Part shown: one piece after another, positions 54,691 through 63,930 of the stretch | How positions within the stretch are numbered: position 1 is the first letter of the stretch | Layout of the letters: each line of letters opens with the position of its first letter | DNA from: a virus | Virus record (IMG/VR): IMGVR_UViG_3300046003_007336 | Coordinates: 1 to 64,000 of that record | DNA: 64,000 bases | Reading direction: 5' to 3' (one strand) | Translations under genes and position numbers: made by a program | Notes under the pieces: model-generated | What the model was told of the DNA's origin: nothing | Seen by the model: only the letters and a program-made list of their open reading frames with translations | Database searches by the model: none

Positions 54691-55544
54691 ATGACACTGC
54701 GGGACGCCTAACAGAGACCTACCGGACTTTCTGCCTCGAACGCGGCATTGAGTTTCATGAGGTCAAGAGTGTGAGACCACACGACAACACGACCTTGTTC
54801 TGCCCTGCGGGGATGCAGCAGTTCAAGGAAGACTACCGGGGACATCGTCGCGGGACCGTATCCAATATTCAGTCCTGCATCCGGCTCAATGATCTGGATG
54901 AAATCGGCGACCAAACCCACCACCTAACCTTCGACATGATCGGGCTGTTTTCGTTCCGTGACATGAGCGTTCTGGAGACCATCGATTTCTGGTTCGAATT
55001 CCTCTCCAAGATTGGCATCAAGCCCGACGTGGTCACCATCCACCCGGACAAGATGCTGGACTGGCGAGAACTCTATCGGGGCCGCGACGTAGAAATACGG
55101 CCGGACCCGGAGTGCACGTGGTCGGACGGCGGCATGGGTGGATACTGCACGGAGTTCTACGTCAGAGGCGTGGAGATCGGCAACATCGTGAATACCAACG
55201 GAGATTCAATCGACGTCGGTTTCGGGATGGAACGCCTTCTCTGGGTTCTCGGCGAAGAAACGCCACCGCGTGGGGACATCCTGGTCCGCACCATCGACCG
55301 CATCGTTGAGTCGGGATACCGGCCCAGCGGCAAGCAGCAGGGTCATGTGCTCCGGCGCCTGATCGGGTTGCTGACAGACGAGGGCAGCCATCCCAACCAC
55401 CCCGAGGTCGTCAGCGAGACGTCCAGACGGGTGAAGCTCTCGGAACGCTTCGACCGCCTTTGGCCGAAGCATCAAGACAAGTCGCCAGAGTGGTGGCTGG
55501 ACACCCACGGTATCGTGGTGTCTGAAATGGTCCTCAGGGTGTAG
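54691..55544 (+). CDS. alaS: Minimal alanyl-tRNA synthetase (aminoacylation core only); SD-linked ATG 54691 is out of frame with the body
   Basis: TTLFCPAGMQQFK, QSCIRLNDLDEIG...HHLTFDMIGLFSF, IDVGFGMERL, GYRPSGKQQGHVLRRL and WLDTHG match the AlaRS core motifs in order; ~280 aa, no editing or C-Ala domain. Confidence 0.85.
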
Positions 55545-55609
55545 CTCAGTGGCAGAGCGCACGGTCGGGAATCGTGAGGCCGGGATTTCAAAATTCCCCA
55601 CCCTGACCA
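55535..55609 (+). tRNA. tRNA-Pro(GGG), overlapping the alaS stop
   Basis: CAGGGTG/CACCCTG-A-CCA; loop TC-GGG-AA (C33 instead of U33). Confidence 0.85.
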
Positions 55610-55654
55610 TTTCATCTGAACCTCAGCACATGAGGTCCGAAGATAAATAGATGC

Positions 55655-56083
55655 ATGAAGTCATGCACCAAATGTAAACACATACTCACAGACGATCAGT
55701 TCTCAGCGAAAAATTTGACTAAAAACGCTGCGTGGTGTCGCCCCTGCATCAAGGCATATGATCAGGCCAGATGGTCTGCCGGTTCTCGACGAGAAACCAA
55801 AATCGAACAGACAAAAATTTGTCGCCGAAGAAACCGTCAGCATGTTTGGGACTACCTGACTAGGAATCCATGTCCTTGCGGCGAGACAGACCCCATCGTT
55901 CTAGAATTTGACCACCGCGATGGAATGGAAACAAAACGAGGCAATATATGCGAGATGGCCTCACGGGGCCTGTCGATAGAAACTATCGATGCGGAGATCG
56001 CCAAATGCGACGTGCTATGTGCGAACTGCCATAGACGAAAAACGGCAAAGCAGTTCGGCTGGCACGCCGATCTTATTACTTGA
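55655..56083 (+). mobile_element. HNH endonuclease with N-terminal Zn finger
   Basis: CTKC...WCRPC; CPCGETDPIVLEFDH...KCDVLCANCHRRKT; TAAATA at 55644-55649. Confidence 0.8.
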
Positions 56084-56137
56084 CAAGTATCCCACGGCTG
56101 CTATGTTGGTCCCTACACAGACCCGAGGAACGCCCCG

Positions 56138-56454
56138 TGGACGCCATCGATTTCCAAGACGCCAAGCTGCGCATGATGCCGACCGGCCAGGAGCGGGAAC
56201 TCGCCCTGATGCTGTGGCGCGCGCAAGCCGAGGTCAAGCGTGCCGAGGAGGCCATGGAAGCCTACTACGCCCCGCTCGTTCATGCCTGCTCGACCCCGGA
56301 AGAGTTGCAGAAGATCATGCCCCGGATGCCCGACGCGGTGTTCAAGGTCTTCGTCTGCGACTATCTCAAATACGGTCGCGACTGGTCGAAGACCCACGAG
56401 GCCAGCGAAGCCGCTCGCATCGCCGCCAACGAAGCCAGGAAGGCCGCCCAATGA
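56138..56454 (+). CDS. Hypothetical protein
   Basis: GTG after GAGG; TTGACA-GCTATGTT promoter at 56080. Confidence 0.6.
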
Positions 56455-56600
56455 CCGAAGCCGAACTCCTCAAGATCGAGGACAACGAGGAATTCCTCAA
56501 GGCCCTCGCAGCCACCCTGTCGCCTGCTCTGCGGGAGCGCGTCGTGGATTGCGCCGATTCGCTTGGCAGCTACGCCGCTGACGACTATGACCGCCAACAA
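56451..56600 (+). CDS. Small hypothetical protein
   Basis: ATGA overlap. Confidence 0.5.
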
Positions 56601-56611
56601 GGAGACGGAAC

Positions 56612-56869
56612 GTGCCGTTGAGACCTGAACTCCAGCCCGCCTTCAATGCCGCACAGGACGAGCGGGACAAATGGCTCAAGGCCGCGCTGAAGCACAAGCG
56701 GCCCAGCGGCGCCCATTCCGACCACGCTGCTCGCGATCTCGAACGCGCCAAGATCGCGCAGAACATCATGAATCGCATCGAGGCCATTCAGCCCATGTCC
56801 GAAGCAGAATCCGCGTATACGGGTCCTGATGCGAAAGCATGGGAACGGTTAGAGGGAGCGACCGGGTGA
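56612..56869 (+). CDS. Hypothetical protein
   Basis: 85 aa. Confidence 0.55.
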   Translation: MPLRPELQPAFNAAQDERDKWLKAALKHKRPSGAHSDHAARDLERAKIAQNIMNRIEAIQPMSEAESAYTGPDAKAWERLEGATG

Positions 56870-57138
56870 TGATCGACCCCAAGGACCCCTGGCTCAAGAT
56901 GGCCGAAGAGTGCCGCAAGATCGGCCCCCGGCCCGCGAACCCCGCTCTGGGCTTCGTCGCCAACCTGATCATTCAGGACCCCGAGATCGTCTCCCGCACC
57001 CACGACGAGGGCTTTGACGCCCGCGTGGCCGGGAAGACGCTGGACGAAAACCCCTACCACCTCGACGGCACCTACGGGTTCTGGCGCACTGGCTGGTTCG
57101 CCGCCGACAGCGAACTCGACCAAGGAGACGAAGCATGA
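56869..57138 (+). CDS. Hypothetical protein (Rmf/CrpP-like H.EG..A...NPY...W..GW tail)
   Basis: HDEGFDARVAG...ENPY...FWRTGW. Confidence 0.55.
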   Translation: MIDPKDPWLKMAEECRKIGPRPANPALGFVANLIIQDPEIVSRTHDEGFDARVAGKTLDENPYHLDGTYGFWRTGWFAADSELDQGDEA

Positions 57139-57338
57139 GGAGCCTCATCAACAACGTGACCGGCTGGGTCGCGGCACTGCTTGCGATCTTTGGCGTCCTT
57201 GCCATCGCCGATGGTGGCCAGCCGTGGTTTTTTTTCTCCTGCATGGGTGGAGCCGTACTGGCCCTGGTGGTCGGCGTCGGCTCCCGCATCGTGTTCGACC
57301 GCTTCGGCGCCCCCGACATCATCGCGGACGACGATTGA
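57135..57338 (+). CDS. Small two-TM membrane protein
   Basis: Two hydrophobic segments. Confidence 0.6.
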   Translation: MRSLINNVTGWVAALLAIFGVLAIADGGQPWFFFSCMGGAVLALVVGVGSRIVFDRFGAPDIIADDD

Positions 57339-57375
57339 TTTTCGACTTCCATGAAGGCATTTGCCATAATGTCTC

Positions 57376-57813
57376 ATGGACCTAGAAATCAAAGTAGACG
57401 AGCACGGACAGCGATGGTTGGTTGATGTCCAGGTTCCCTGCGAGCCTAACGATCACCTTCAGTTTTACGGCCACTACGAGTGCCTCGTCCGTCTCGAAGG
57501 CGACGAAGACCCGTTCAGTGGCGAAGGCCGCTGGGAACATTTTGCGCCCCGCCCGTTCTTCTACCTTCAGCGCGTGACCGGCGTCGCCACCGTGAACCAG
57601 AAACGCCGGGCGTTCTTGATGCGGTTCGACTACGAGCGCATCGGCGACCTCATCGACGTGGCTGCCGGTCTGGCCCGCGAATCCTGGAGCATCGTCTCCG
57701 ACTACAGCGAAATCCATTTCTGCTTCGAGAGTGAGCGGGACTGCATGGAATTTTCGCTGTCGTGCCCGGAGACCATCCGCCACGCCGAAAGCATAATAAT
57801 GTTGAATGATTGA
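57376..57813 (+). CDS. Hypothetical protein
   Basis: FCFESERDCMEFSL family motif. Confidence 0.65.
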   Translation: MDLEIKVDEHGQRWLVDVQVPCEPNDHLQFYGHYECLVRLEGDEDPFSGEGRWEHFAPRPFFYLQRVTGVATVNQKRRAFLMRFDYERIGDLIDVAAGLARESWSIVSDYSEIHFCFESERDCMEFSLSCPETIRHAESIIMLND

Positions 57814-57834
57814 CGATCTGTGATAGTAGAACCC

Positions 57835-58320
57835 ATGGTTCACCTGATCAGACGTCGCCCGGAAGTCGCTCCTGTTTCGCGCCTCAACGCCGCGATGGAC
57901 GCAGAGACTGTCTACTTCACGTTCAAATATGACATCTCGGTCGGTGATCGGGCTCTGATCGCCGAAACTCTCGCCGACAAACACTTCGGCTATTCGCTGG
58001 CCGCGTTCCGCATCGAGTGTGTGGATATCGACGACAGTGAGTTCAACGCCGCCATTCGAGTTGATGGCCGCCTTGCTCGCCTGAGCCTCACGCCGCAAGA
58101 ACACATCGTGGTCCTGCTCGCCTATCCGAAACAAGCATCAAACTGGGCGAACGTCCAAGACTCTCTCTTCACCGACACGACTGACGCCATCGACTGGATT
58201 GCTCAGAACACGAAGGGGCTCTGGTCGATGATGCCCGCTATCCTACCTGATCGTCTTGCTCCGGCGTTCTCGTTCACGGATGAGCGAGAGGCCCTGACCT
58301 TCCAGATGACCTTCGGCTAG
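57835..58320 (+). CDS. Hypothetical protein
   Basis: FSFTDEREALTFQMTF family motif. Confidence 0.65.
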   Translation: MVHLIRRRPEVAPVSRLNAAMDAETVYFTFKYDISVGDRALIAETLADKHFGYSLAAFRIECVDIDDSEFNAAIRVDGRLARLSLTPQEHIVVLLAYPKQASNWANVQDSLFTDTTDAIDWIAQNTKGLWSMMPAILPDRLAPAFSFTDEREALTFQMTFG

Positions 58321-58321
58321 A

Positions 58322-59668
58322 TCACCCGATTTGGGCGGCGATTTCACTCGACGCCACCTGGAGGTACTGAACAGTCGTCGTGCTCGCTTCCGCAACTGCG
58401 ACGAGGTTCGGGGTCGTCAGAGCCAGCCACCAGCATGCCGTGGTCGCGACAAGCATCACGGCGCGGCTCAACCACCGTCCCTTCGGCTGAACGACCGGCA
58501 CCACAACCGGCACAGCAGGCCGTACAGGGGTGACCGGCGTCGCCGTCTGAACTCGCACAGGCTTGGCGGCTTTCGGTTTCTCAATCGCCTTCGGGTGAGA
58601 GATTATTTTCTCCATATCGATGCGGGTCCGTTGCACCATCTTGGGCACACCGTTCTCGTCCAGGAGGGACACCAGGGCCTCACCAACGCCGAGCGTTTGA
58701 ATCGTCTGGGCGGTGTCGAAGGCCGGGTTCGGCCGGAACGAGGACGCGGCTGCCTTCAGGGCTTTCTGCTCGGTCGGCGTATAGGCCCGCAGCGCGTGCT
58801 GGATGCGGTTGCCGAGTTGGGCGAGCACCGGGTCCGGGATGTCGGCGGGGCTCTGGGTGACGAAGTAGACGCCAACGCCCTTGGAGCGAATCAGGCGCAC
58901 AACTTGCTCGACTTTCTGGAGGAAGGTCTTGGACGCGTTCTGGAACAAGAGGTGGGCTTCGTCGAAAAAGAATACCAGCTTGGGCGCGGGCAGATCGCCG
59001 ACCTCGGGCAGTTTGCGGAACAGTTCACTCAGGAGCCAGAACAGGAACACGGCATAGACGCTCGGCTCGTGAATCAAATCCTCGGCGCGGAGGATGTTGA
59101 CGCCCGGCTTGATGTCGTTGATCGAGAAGTTGGTCTTGCCGAAAAACTTCCCGGCCCCGCCTTCGCGGAGCATCAGGAGCTTGCGCTGAATGGTGGCAAT
59201 CGTTCGGGCATCGACATGGCCGTAGTCCTGAGCCACGGCGGCTTGGTCCTCGACGATGGTATTGAGAACCTTGCGGACGTCCAGCAGGGTTTCCAGCTTG
59301 AGACCGTTCTCCCGCGCGTAGACGAACAAGATCGTGACGACACCTTCCTGAGTTTCGTTCAGATCGAGCAGACGCGAAAACAGCGTCGAGCCAATGTCAT
59401 GGACCGAGACGGTGATTCGTTTGCCCCGCTCCCCGCCCAGGTCCCAGAACACGGTCGGGGTATTGGACGAGATGGCCGACAGGTCGCCCTTCACATCGGG
59501 GGCGAATACGGGCACGCCTTGCTCGGCCAGCCGAATCGCCAGGGTCTGGAGCGTGACGGTCTTGCCGGTGCCGGTCGCACCAGCAACGACCCCGTGGCGG
59601 TTGATGCGGCGGAGCAGAAGGGTTTCATCGCCCTGATCAGATGCGCCAACACGAATGCCAATGGTCAT
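58322..59668 (-). CDS. HerA/FtsK-like ATPase (DUF853/YjgR family)
   Basis: NRHGVVAGATGTGKT, DVKGDLS, FFDEAHLLF, RLIRSKGVGVYFVTQSP.D, LGNRIQHALRAYTP. Confidence 0.85.
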   Translation of the reverse strand: MTIGIRVGASDQGDETLLLRRINRHGVVAGATGTGKTVTLQTLAIRLAEQGVPVFAPDVKGDLSAISSNTPTVFWDLGGERGKRITVSVHDIGSTLFSRLLDLNETQEGVVTILFVYARENGLKLETLLDVRKVLNTIVEDQAAVAQDYGHVDARTIATIQRKLLMLREGGAGKFFGKTNFSINDIKPGVNILRAEDLIHEPSVYAVFLFWLLSELFRKLPEVGDLPAPKLVFFFDEAHLLFQNASKTFLQKVEQVVRLIRSKGVGVYFVTQSPADIPDPVLAQLGNRIQHALRAYTPTEQKALKAAASSFRPNPAFDTAQTIQTLGVGEALVSLLDENGVPKMVQRTRIDMEKIISHPKAIEKPKAAKPVRVQTATPVTPVRPAVPVVVPVVQPKGRWLSRAVMLVATTACWWLALTTPNLVAVAEASTTTVQYLQVASSEIAAQIG

Positions 59669-59790
59669 TTTCAGTCCTCGTTTTTCTGTTCCCCTTTTAG
59701 ACGAAAACCTCGTTCTGTCAACATTTGATTGACAAATGAAGCCAACCATTCGGGTTGACATTTGGTTGATTATGCCGTTGATCTATTTGG

Positions 59791-60066
59791 ATGTCGCGCG
59801 AACTCCTTGAAGACGAATACCGTATCCTGATGAAGATCATTTTCCGCCTCAGTGCTGGGCGCGATGATTTCTTCGAGGGCGAGAAGGTCATAGATTGCGG
59901 GTTCGATCTCAAGGTCACCACTATGCCGTCCATGGCGGGCACTCGCTACTGGCTCTTTCAGGCACCGACCTGGACCGCCAACATCCACCTCACCGATTTG
60001 GTCGAGTTCTCTGACGCCGACCAATTTGACCGCGACCTTGTCGCCATCCGGCTCGCAACATCATGA
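59791..60066 (+). CDS. Hypothetical protein
   Basis: After TTGACA promoter near 59755. Confidence 0.6.
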   Translation: MSRELLEDEYRILMKIIFRLSAGRDDFFEGEKVIDCGFDLKVTTMPSMAGTRYWLFQAPTWTANIHLTDLVEFSDADQFDRDLVAIRLATS

Positions 60067-60377
60067 AGCCGAAATGGAGAGAAGCCACCGTCGCGGAGAT
60101 CGACATTGCGAGACAGGTCTTTCATCTCGGCGTTACTGCCTCGCGAGGAAGACGCGGCCCAGCTTGGAAAGATGAATGGCACGCCTCCGTGCACCTAAAC
60201 GGCGTGACAGTTCATGTCCGGGGTGGCGACTCGCCGATGTGGGTCTCGGGAGGCTCCGGCAAGACCCGTTGGCGAATATCGCTCGGTGACCGTGCCGGTA
60301 GTTTCTTCGGCGTGCGGGCATTCTGCGAGGAGACGCTGAAACGTGACCTCGCCAAAATCATGCTGGTGATCGACTAG
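60063..60377 (+). CDS. Hypothetical protein
   Basis: ATGA overlap. Confidence 0.55.
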   Translation: MKPKWREATVAEIDIARQVFHLGVTASRGRRGPAWKDEWHASVHLNGVTVHVRGGDSPMWVSGGSGKTRWRISLGDRAGSFFGVRAFCEETLKRDLAKIMLVID

Positions 60378-60848
60378 CTATTCGTCGGCGCCGAAGGTCC
60401 CCCAGAGTTTGGGGTCACCATAGTAGGTGTGAATTTCTTCCTGATCGGCCGGGTCCTGTAGGTCCAACACCGCATTGGGTCTGCCGGGAAAAATCTTGGC
60501 CCAACTGTCAATCAGGTAGCGACCGTCCAGAACGGCGAAGTCGTGCCCGTCATAGCCATCGGCGTGAAGGGCAGGGGAGTTTTTCGACAGCACGTATTTG
60601 ATCTCGGCACGGTCACCGTAATGGTCTCGCACCATGCGGGCCCAGTTCGTACAGGTGGCGGCGTATTTGCCGTTGGGTAGATGTGACGCCCCCATATCGC
60701 GCTCGGGGTCGTCGCCTTCTTCGGCATCCGGGTAATGGATGCCCCAGTCCTCATCCTTGTCTCGGCCCCAGTGGGCTTCGAGGTCGGCCTTGCTCTCCGG
60801 CTGTTCTCCCAGGATGCTTTCAACGATGATGTCTGCGTAGGTCTTCAT
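60378..60848 (-). CDS. Late protein with possible Cys-His-Asp triad
   Basis: taaata-cgccc-ATG; MKTYADIIVESILGE; ATCTNWA...GHDFAVLDGRYLIDSW. Confidence 0.7.
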   Translation of the reverse strand: MKTYADIIVESILGEQPESKADLEAHWGRDKDEDWGIHYPDAEEGDDPERDMGASHLPNGKYAATCTNWARMVRDHYGDRAEIKYVLSKNSPALHADGYDGHDFAVLDGRYLIDSWAKIFPGRPNAVLDLQDPADQEEIHTYYGDPKLWGTFGADE

Positions 60849-60873
60849 GGGCGTATTTAGGTGAAAAAAGTTA

Positions 60874-60902
60874 TTGACACATGGTGGAGCTTCAGGCATA
60901 TT
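60874..60902 (+). promoter_or_regulatory. sigma70-type promoter of the small RNA
   Basis: TTGACA-N16-GCATATT. Confidence 0.6.
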
Positions 60903-60906
60903 GATC

Positions 60907-60982
60907 ATGCAGAAAGCGCATAGGCGTGCTTCCTTCTATTTTATTTTTGGAAAAAACCAGCTACCTGATTTGCTGTCTGCAC
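60907..60982 (+). ncRNA. Candidate Y-RNA-like small RNA
   Basis: 5' and 3' ends pair (gcaga/tctgc; agc/gct; AGG[C]GT/ACCT with bulged C) around a pyrimidine-rich loop; own promoter and terminator. Confidence 0.55.
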
Positions 60983-60985
60983 CTG

Positions 60986-61015
60986 AAAGGGCCCCTCCTC
61001 GGAGCGGGCCTTTTT
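60986..61015 (+). terminator. Rho-independent terminator of the small RNA
   Basis: ggccc-ctc-ctcg-gag-c-gggcc-ttttt. Confidence 0.75.
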
Positions 61016-61085
61016 CAATTCCAGATTATTTGGTTGACGAAATAAAGTCACCGGCATAGGTTGTCCTCAAATCGTGAGGACTACA

Positions 61086-63236
61086 ATGCAAAACGAACTC
61101 CTGATCAGCCTGTTCAACCGCATCCGCGTCACCGAGCCGACGAGCGGCGAAACCGTTGACCCGACCTGGGTCCATGGGCTGAATCTCGAACTGGGCGTTC
61201 TGGGCTTCACCCTCGACGGTCCCACCATGGACGCCATCAAGGGCCTGTCCAGGGATGCCTTCATCGCCCTTCAGAGCGAAGTCCGCACCGCCGTCGTGAC
61301 CATCTCGGGCACGGGCGTGAACCACCGCGTGCTGTTCAACAAGTTCCCCTACGCGACGCCGGAACAGAACCTCTACATGGCCAAGCGCATTCTGGGTCAT
61401 TTCGATTCCCAGACGGCGTCCAACTATCAGGTGCTGTCGTGCGGCCACGCCATCGACCCCGATCTCTTCAACCTGTCGGATTTCGGCGCGTGCCCGATCT
61501 GCCAGCGTGAGGTTCCCGAACTGGCCTCGAACGAAAACATCCGTCACGACTTCCGCTCCATCACGCCGCTGCGCGTGCTCGGTGCCGCCGATGACGCCTT
61601 CCTTGCGGAGGCCGCCACCGCCCTGCTGGGCCGCACCTCCTCGCTGTCCGTGCAGGAGCGACAGTTCGTCCTTGAGGCCGCCACGTTGGTGGAAATCACG
61701 GGACCGACCCAGACCTTCCGCGAAACCCTGCCGCTCGTCTACGCCGTATCGGGTGTCGAGGGCGTGCGCCCGCTGGTCAACTCGGCCACGGATGTGCTCC
61801 GCATCGCCACGTTCCTGAGCGACGTCAACTCGGACCTGTCGCTGTCCACGAACGTGAAGTTCAAGATCAAGACGCGCGACAAGAAGAACCTCCTGTCGTT
61901 GCTCGACCAGACCGGCAACCTCGGCGAAGACATGATGCGTCATCGCGAGCGGTGGCTCCGCTTGGGCGAACGCCTGAACCCGGCTGCCAAGGTCAACGCC
62001 GCCCGCTATCCGTTCGCCGCCAAGGCCTTCGACGAACTCCGCAACGCGCCCAAGACGATCTCGACGTTCAACCGCGTCGTGGAGAAGAAGACGCGCGCCT
62101 ACCAGATCGACACCGTCCTGCTCGAAACGCTCAAGAAGCGTCCGGGCGAACTGATGCGCCGGTTGGACAATCTGCTCCGTCACGCGGGCGATGACGTGAC
62201 CTCGGCAAAAGTTCTGGCCGCCCTCGACGACGTCCTGCACTCCGTACCGACGAAGCTCATCTTCGACGTGCTGAAATATTTCAACCACCGTCTGTCCGTG
62301 CAGGGTGCGTCCGCCGACCGGGTGTTCTTCCTCAAGGGCGAGAAGACCAAGATGGTCGTCATCCCCGATAACAGGCTGCCGGTCGATGCTACGAGCATCA
62401 CCCTGGCCTGCAACCTGATGCGCGGCGAGCTTCAGCGTCGTTTCGCTAAGCTGCCCCGGATGGGCAAGGTCTTCCTGGCCGAAGACCTCAAGGGCGTCGT
62501 GCTGCCCTTCAACCGTCGCGGCGACTCGGCGACCGCCCAACCGGTCGTGAAGGGTTCGCGGTATCCGATCAACCCTCTGACGGAGGTCGTCCGTCTGTTC
62601 GTATGGTGGAAGGGATACATCGACGTCGATCTGTCGGCCGTCCTGCTGGGTGAGAACTTCGACTACGTCGAGCAGGTTTCCTATACGAACCTGCGCTCGC
62701 GCAAGGTCGTGCACAGCGGCGACGTACAGTCGGCCCCCAACGGAGCCACGGAGTTCATCGACTTCGACATCGCCGATCTGCGCCAGCAGGGCATCCGCTA
62801 CGTCGCCATCGCGGTCATCTCGTATCGCGGTCAGGCCTTCAATGAGTTCCCGTGCTTCGCCGGGTTCATGGAGCGCGACGGGCTCAAATCCGGCGCCCGC
62901 TACGAGCCCGAGTCGGTGCGGCTGAAGTTCGACATCGACACCAACTCGACGTCGCACCTCCCGCTTGCGTTCGACCTCGAAACCCGCGAACTCGTCTTCG
63001 TCGATCTCACCCAACAGGCCGGTCGTCACCAAGGGGTGGCCGGTCAAGGCGACCGCTATGCCGCCGCGACCCGCTCCGTGCTGGAGACCACCCAGCGGAA
63101 GCCGACCTTCCACGATGTCCTGTTCGCCCACGCGTTGGCGCGCGGAACCATCGTCTCCACTCGCGAGGAGGCCGACACCGTCTATGAACTCGACGGTCTC
63201 GATATCGAAGCCATCATGGGGGAGATGCTTGCCTGA
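61086..63236 (+). CDS. Prokaryotic RING + helical (TROVE-like) + TerD-domain protein
   Basis: CGHAIDP...CPIC; TDVLRIA, RHRERWLRLGERL, RPGELMRRLD; C-terminal DVDLSAV...VHSGDVQSAPNGATEFID (TerD-like); own TTGACG promoter at 61034 and GAGGA RBS. Confidence 0.75.
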   Translation: MQNELLISLFNRIRVTEPTSGETVDPTWVHGLNLELGVLGFTLDGPTMDAIKGLSRDAFIALQSEVRTAVVTISGTGVNHRVLFNKFPYATPEQNLYMAKRILGHFDSQTASNYQVLSCGHAIDPDLFNLSDFGACPICQREVPELASNENIRHDFRSITPLRVLGAADDAFLAEAATALLGRTSSLSVQERQFVLEAATLVEITGPTQTFRETLPLVYAVSGVEGVRPLVNSATDVLRIATFLSDVNSDLSLSTNVKFKIKTRDKKNLLSLLDQTGNLGEDMMRHRERWLRLGERLNPAAKVNAARYPFAAKAFDELRNAPKTISTFNRVVEKKTRAYQIDTVLLETLKKRPGELMRRLDNLLRHAGDDVTSAKVLAALDDVLHSVPTKLIFDVLKYFNHRLSVQGASADRVFFLKGEKTKMVVIPDNRLPVDATSITLACNLMRGELQRRFAKLPRMGKVFLAEDLKGVVLPFNRRGDSATAQPVVKGSRYPINPLTEVVRLFVWWKGYIDVDLSAVLLGENFDYVEQVSYTNLRSRKVVHSGDVQSAPNGATEFIDFDIADLRQQGIRYVAIAVISYRGQAFNEFPCFAGFMERDGLKSGARYEPESVRLKFDIDTNSTSHLPLAFDLETRELVFVDLTQQAGRHQGVAGQGDRYAAATRSVLETTQRKPTFHDVLFAHALARGTIVSTREEADTVYELDGLDIEAIMGEMLA

Positions 63237-63298
63237 AATGGAAACGGTGGAGATCACGAACGTAGAGCGCGCATTTCTCATTAACGTGCTGGAGGAGG

Positions 63299-63598
63299 TT
63301 GCTCCTGGCATATCGGATACGCACTCCATCGAGCCGTTTGGGAGTCCCCGGCGTTTACTCCGTGATGGTCGGCGGCATCAACATGACCGCCACGCTGATC
63401 GGAAACCACAAGAAAAATATTGCGACCGAATACATCCTTGAAGGAGACGGGTGGCTTCTATTCTACAGAATCATTGCTGGAGAAACAGACGAAACCACCA
63501 TCGCCACATCTGGTTGTACGATTTCCAACCGAGAACACTACCTCCGTCAACTGGCCATTTTGCGCCTAGCAGGGATTGAACTATGGCCTACACAGTAA
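63299..63598 (+). CDS. Hypothetical protein (start uncertain)
   Basis: ORF overlapping the next gene. Confidence 0.4.
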   Translation: MLLAYRIRTPSSRLGVPGVYSVMVGGINMTATLIGNHKKNIATEYILEGDGWLLFYRIIAGETDETTIATSGCTISNREHYLRQLAILRLAGIELWPTQ

Positions 63599-63930
63599 AT
63601 TTCTTCGGCTGGTGCACCGACCAGGGCCACGACAAGGTCTGGGGCTACGTCACTCTCGGCGGTGGCGAACTCTATAATTTCTGGGGCAAGCGCGGCGCCA
63701 AGTTCACTTTCCAGGAGCATCCGGGGTCCTATCGGGATTCCATCATGCTCCAGAAGCGTGCAGCCCAGAAGGTCCGTCGCCGCGCCAATGGCCGCTATGA
63801 CGAGATCGACGTCACCAAGATCGAGACAGTAATCCCCGGCTTCTACGACGAGTTCGAGAAGCAGTTGATGATGGCCAAACTGTTCGACAATTTCTTCGGC
63901 AAGAAACCAGACGAGAAGGACGACGGATGA
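63583..63930 (+). CDS. WGR-like domain protein
   Basis: HDKVWG...NFWGKRG...QKVRR..GRYDEI. Confidence 0.6.
   Translation: MAYTVNFFGWCTDQGHDKVWGYVTLGGGELYNFWGKRGAKFTFQEHPGSYRDSIMLQKRAAQKVRRRANGRYDEIDVTKIETVIPGFYDEFEKQLMMAKLFDNFFGKKPDEKDDG

Noticed and set aside
58331-59728. 465-aa ORF on the + strand
   Set aside because: Antisense to the HerA-like ATPase.
61026-63329. 767-aa ORF on the - strand
   Set aside because: Antisense shadow of the RING/TerD gene.
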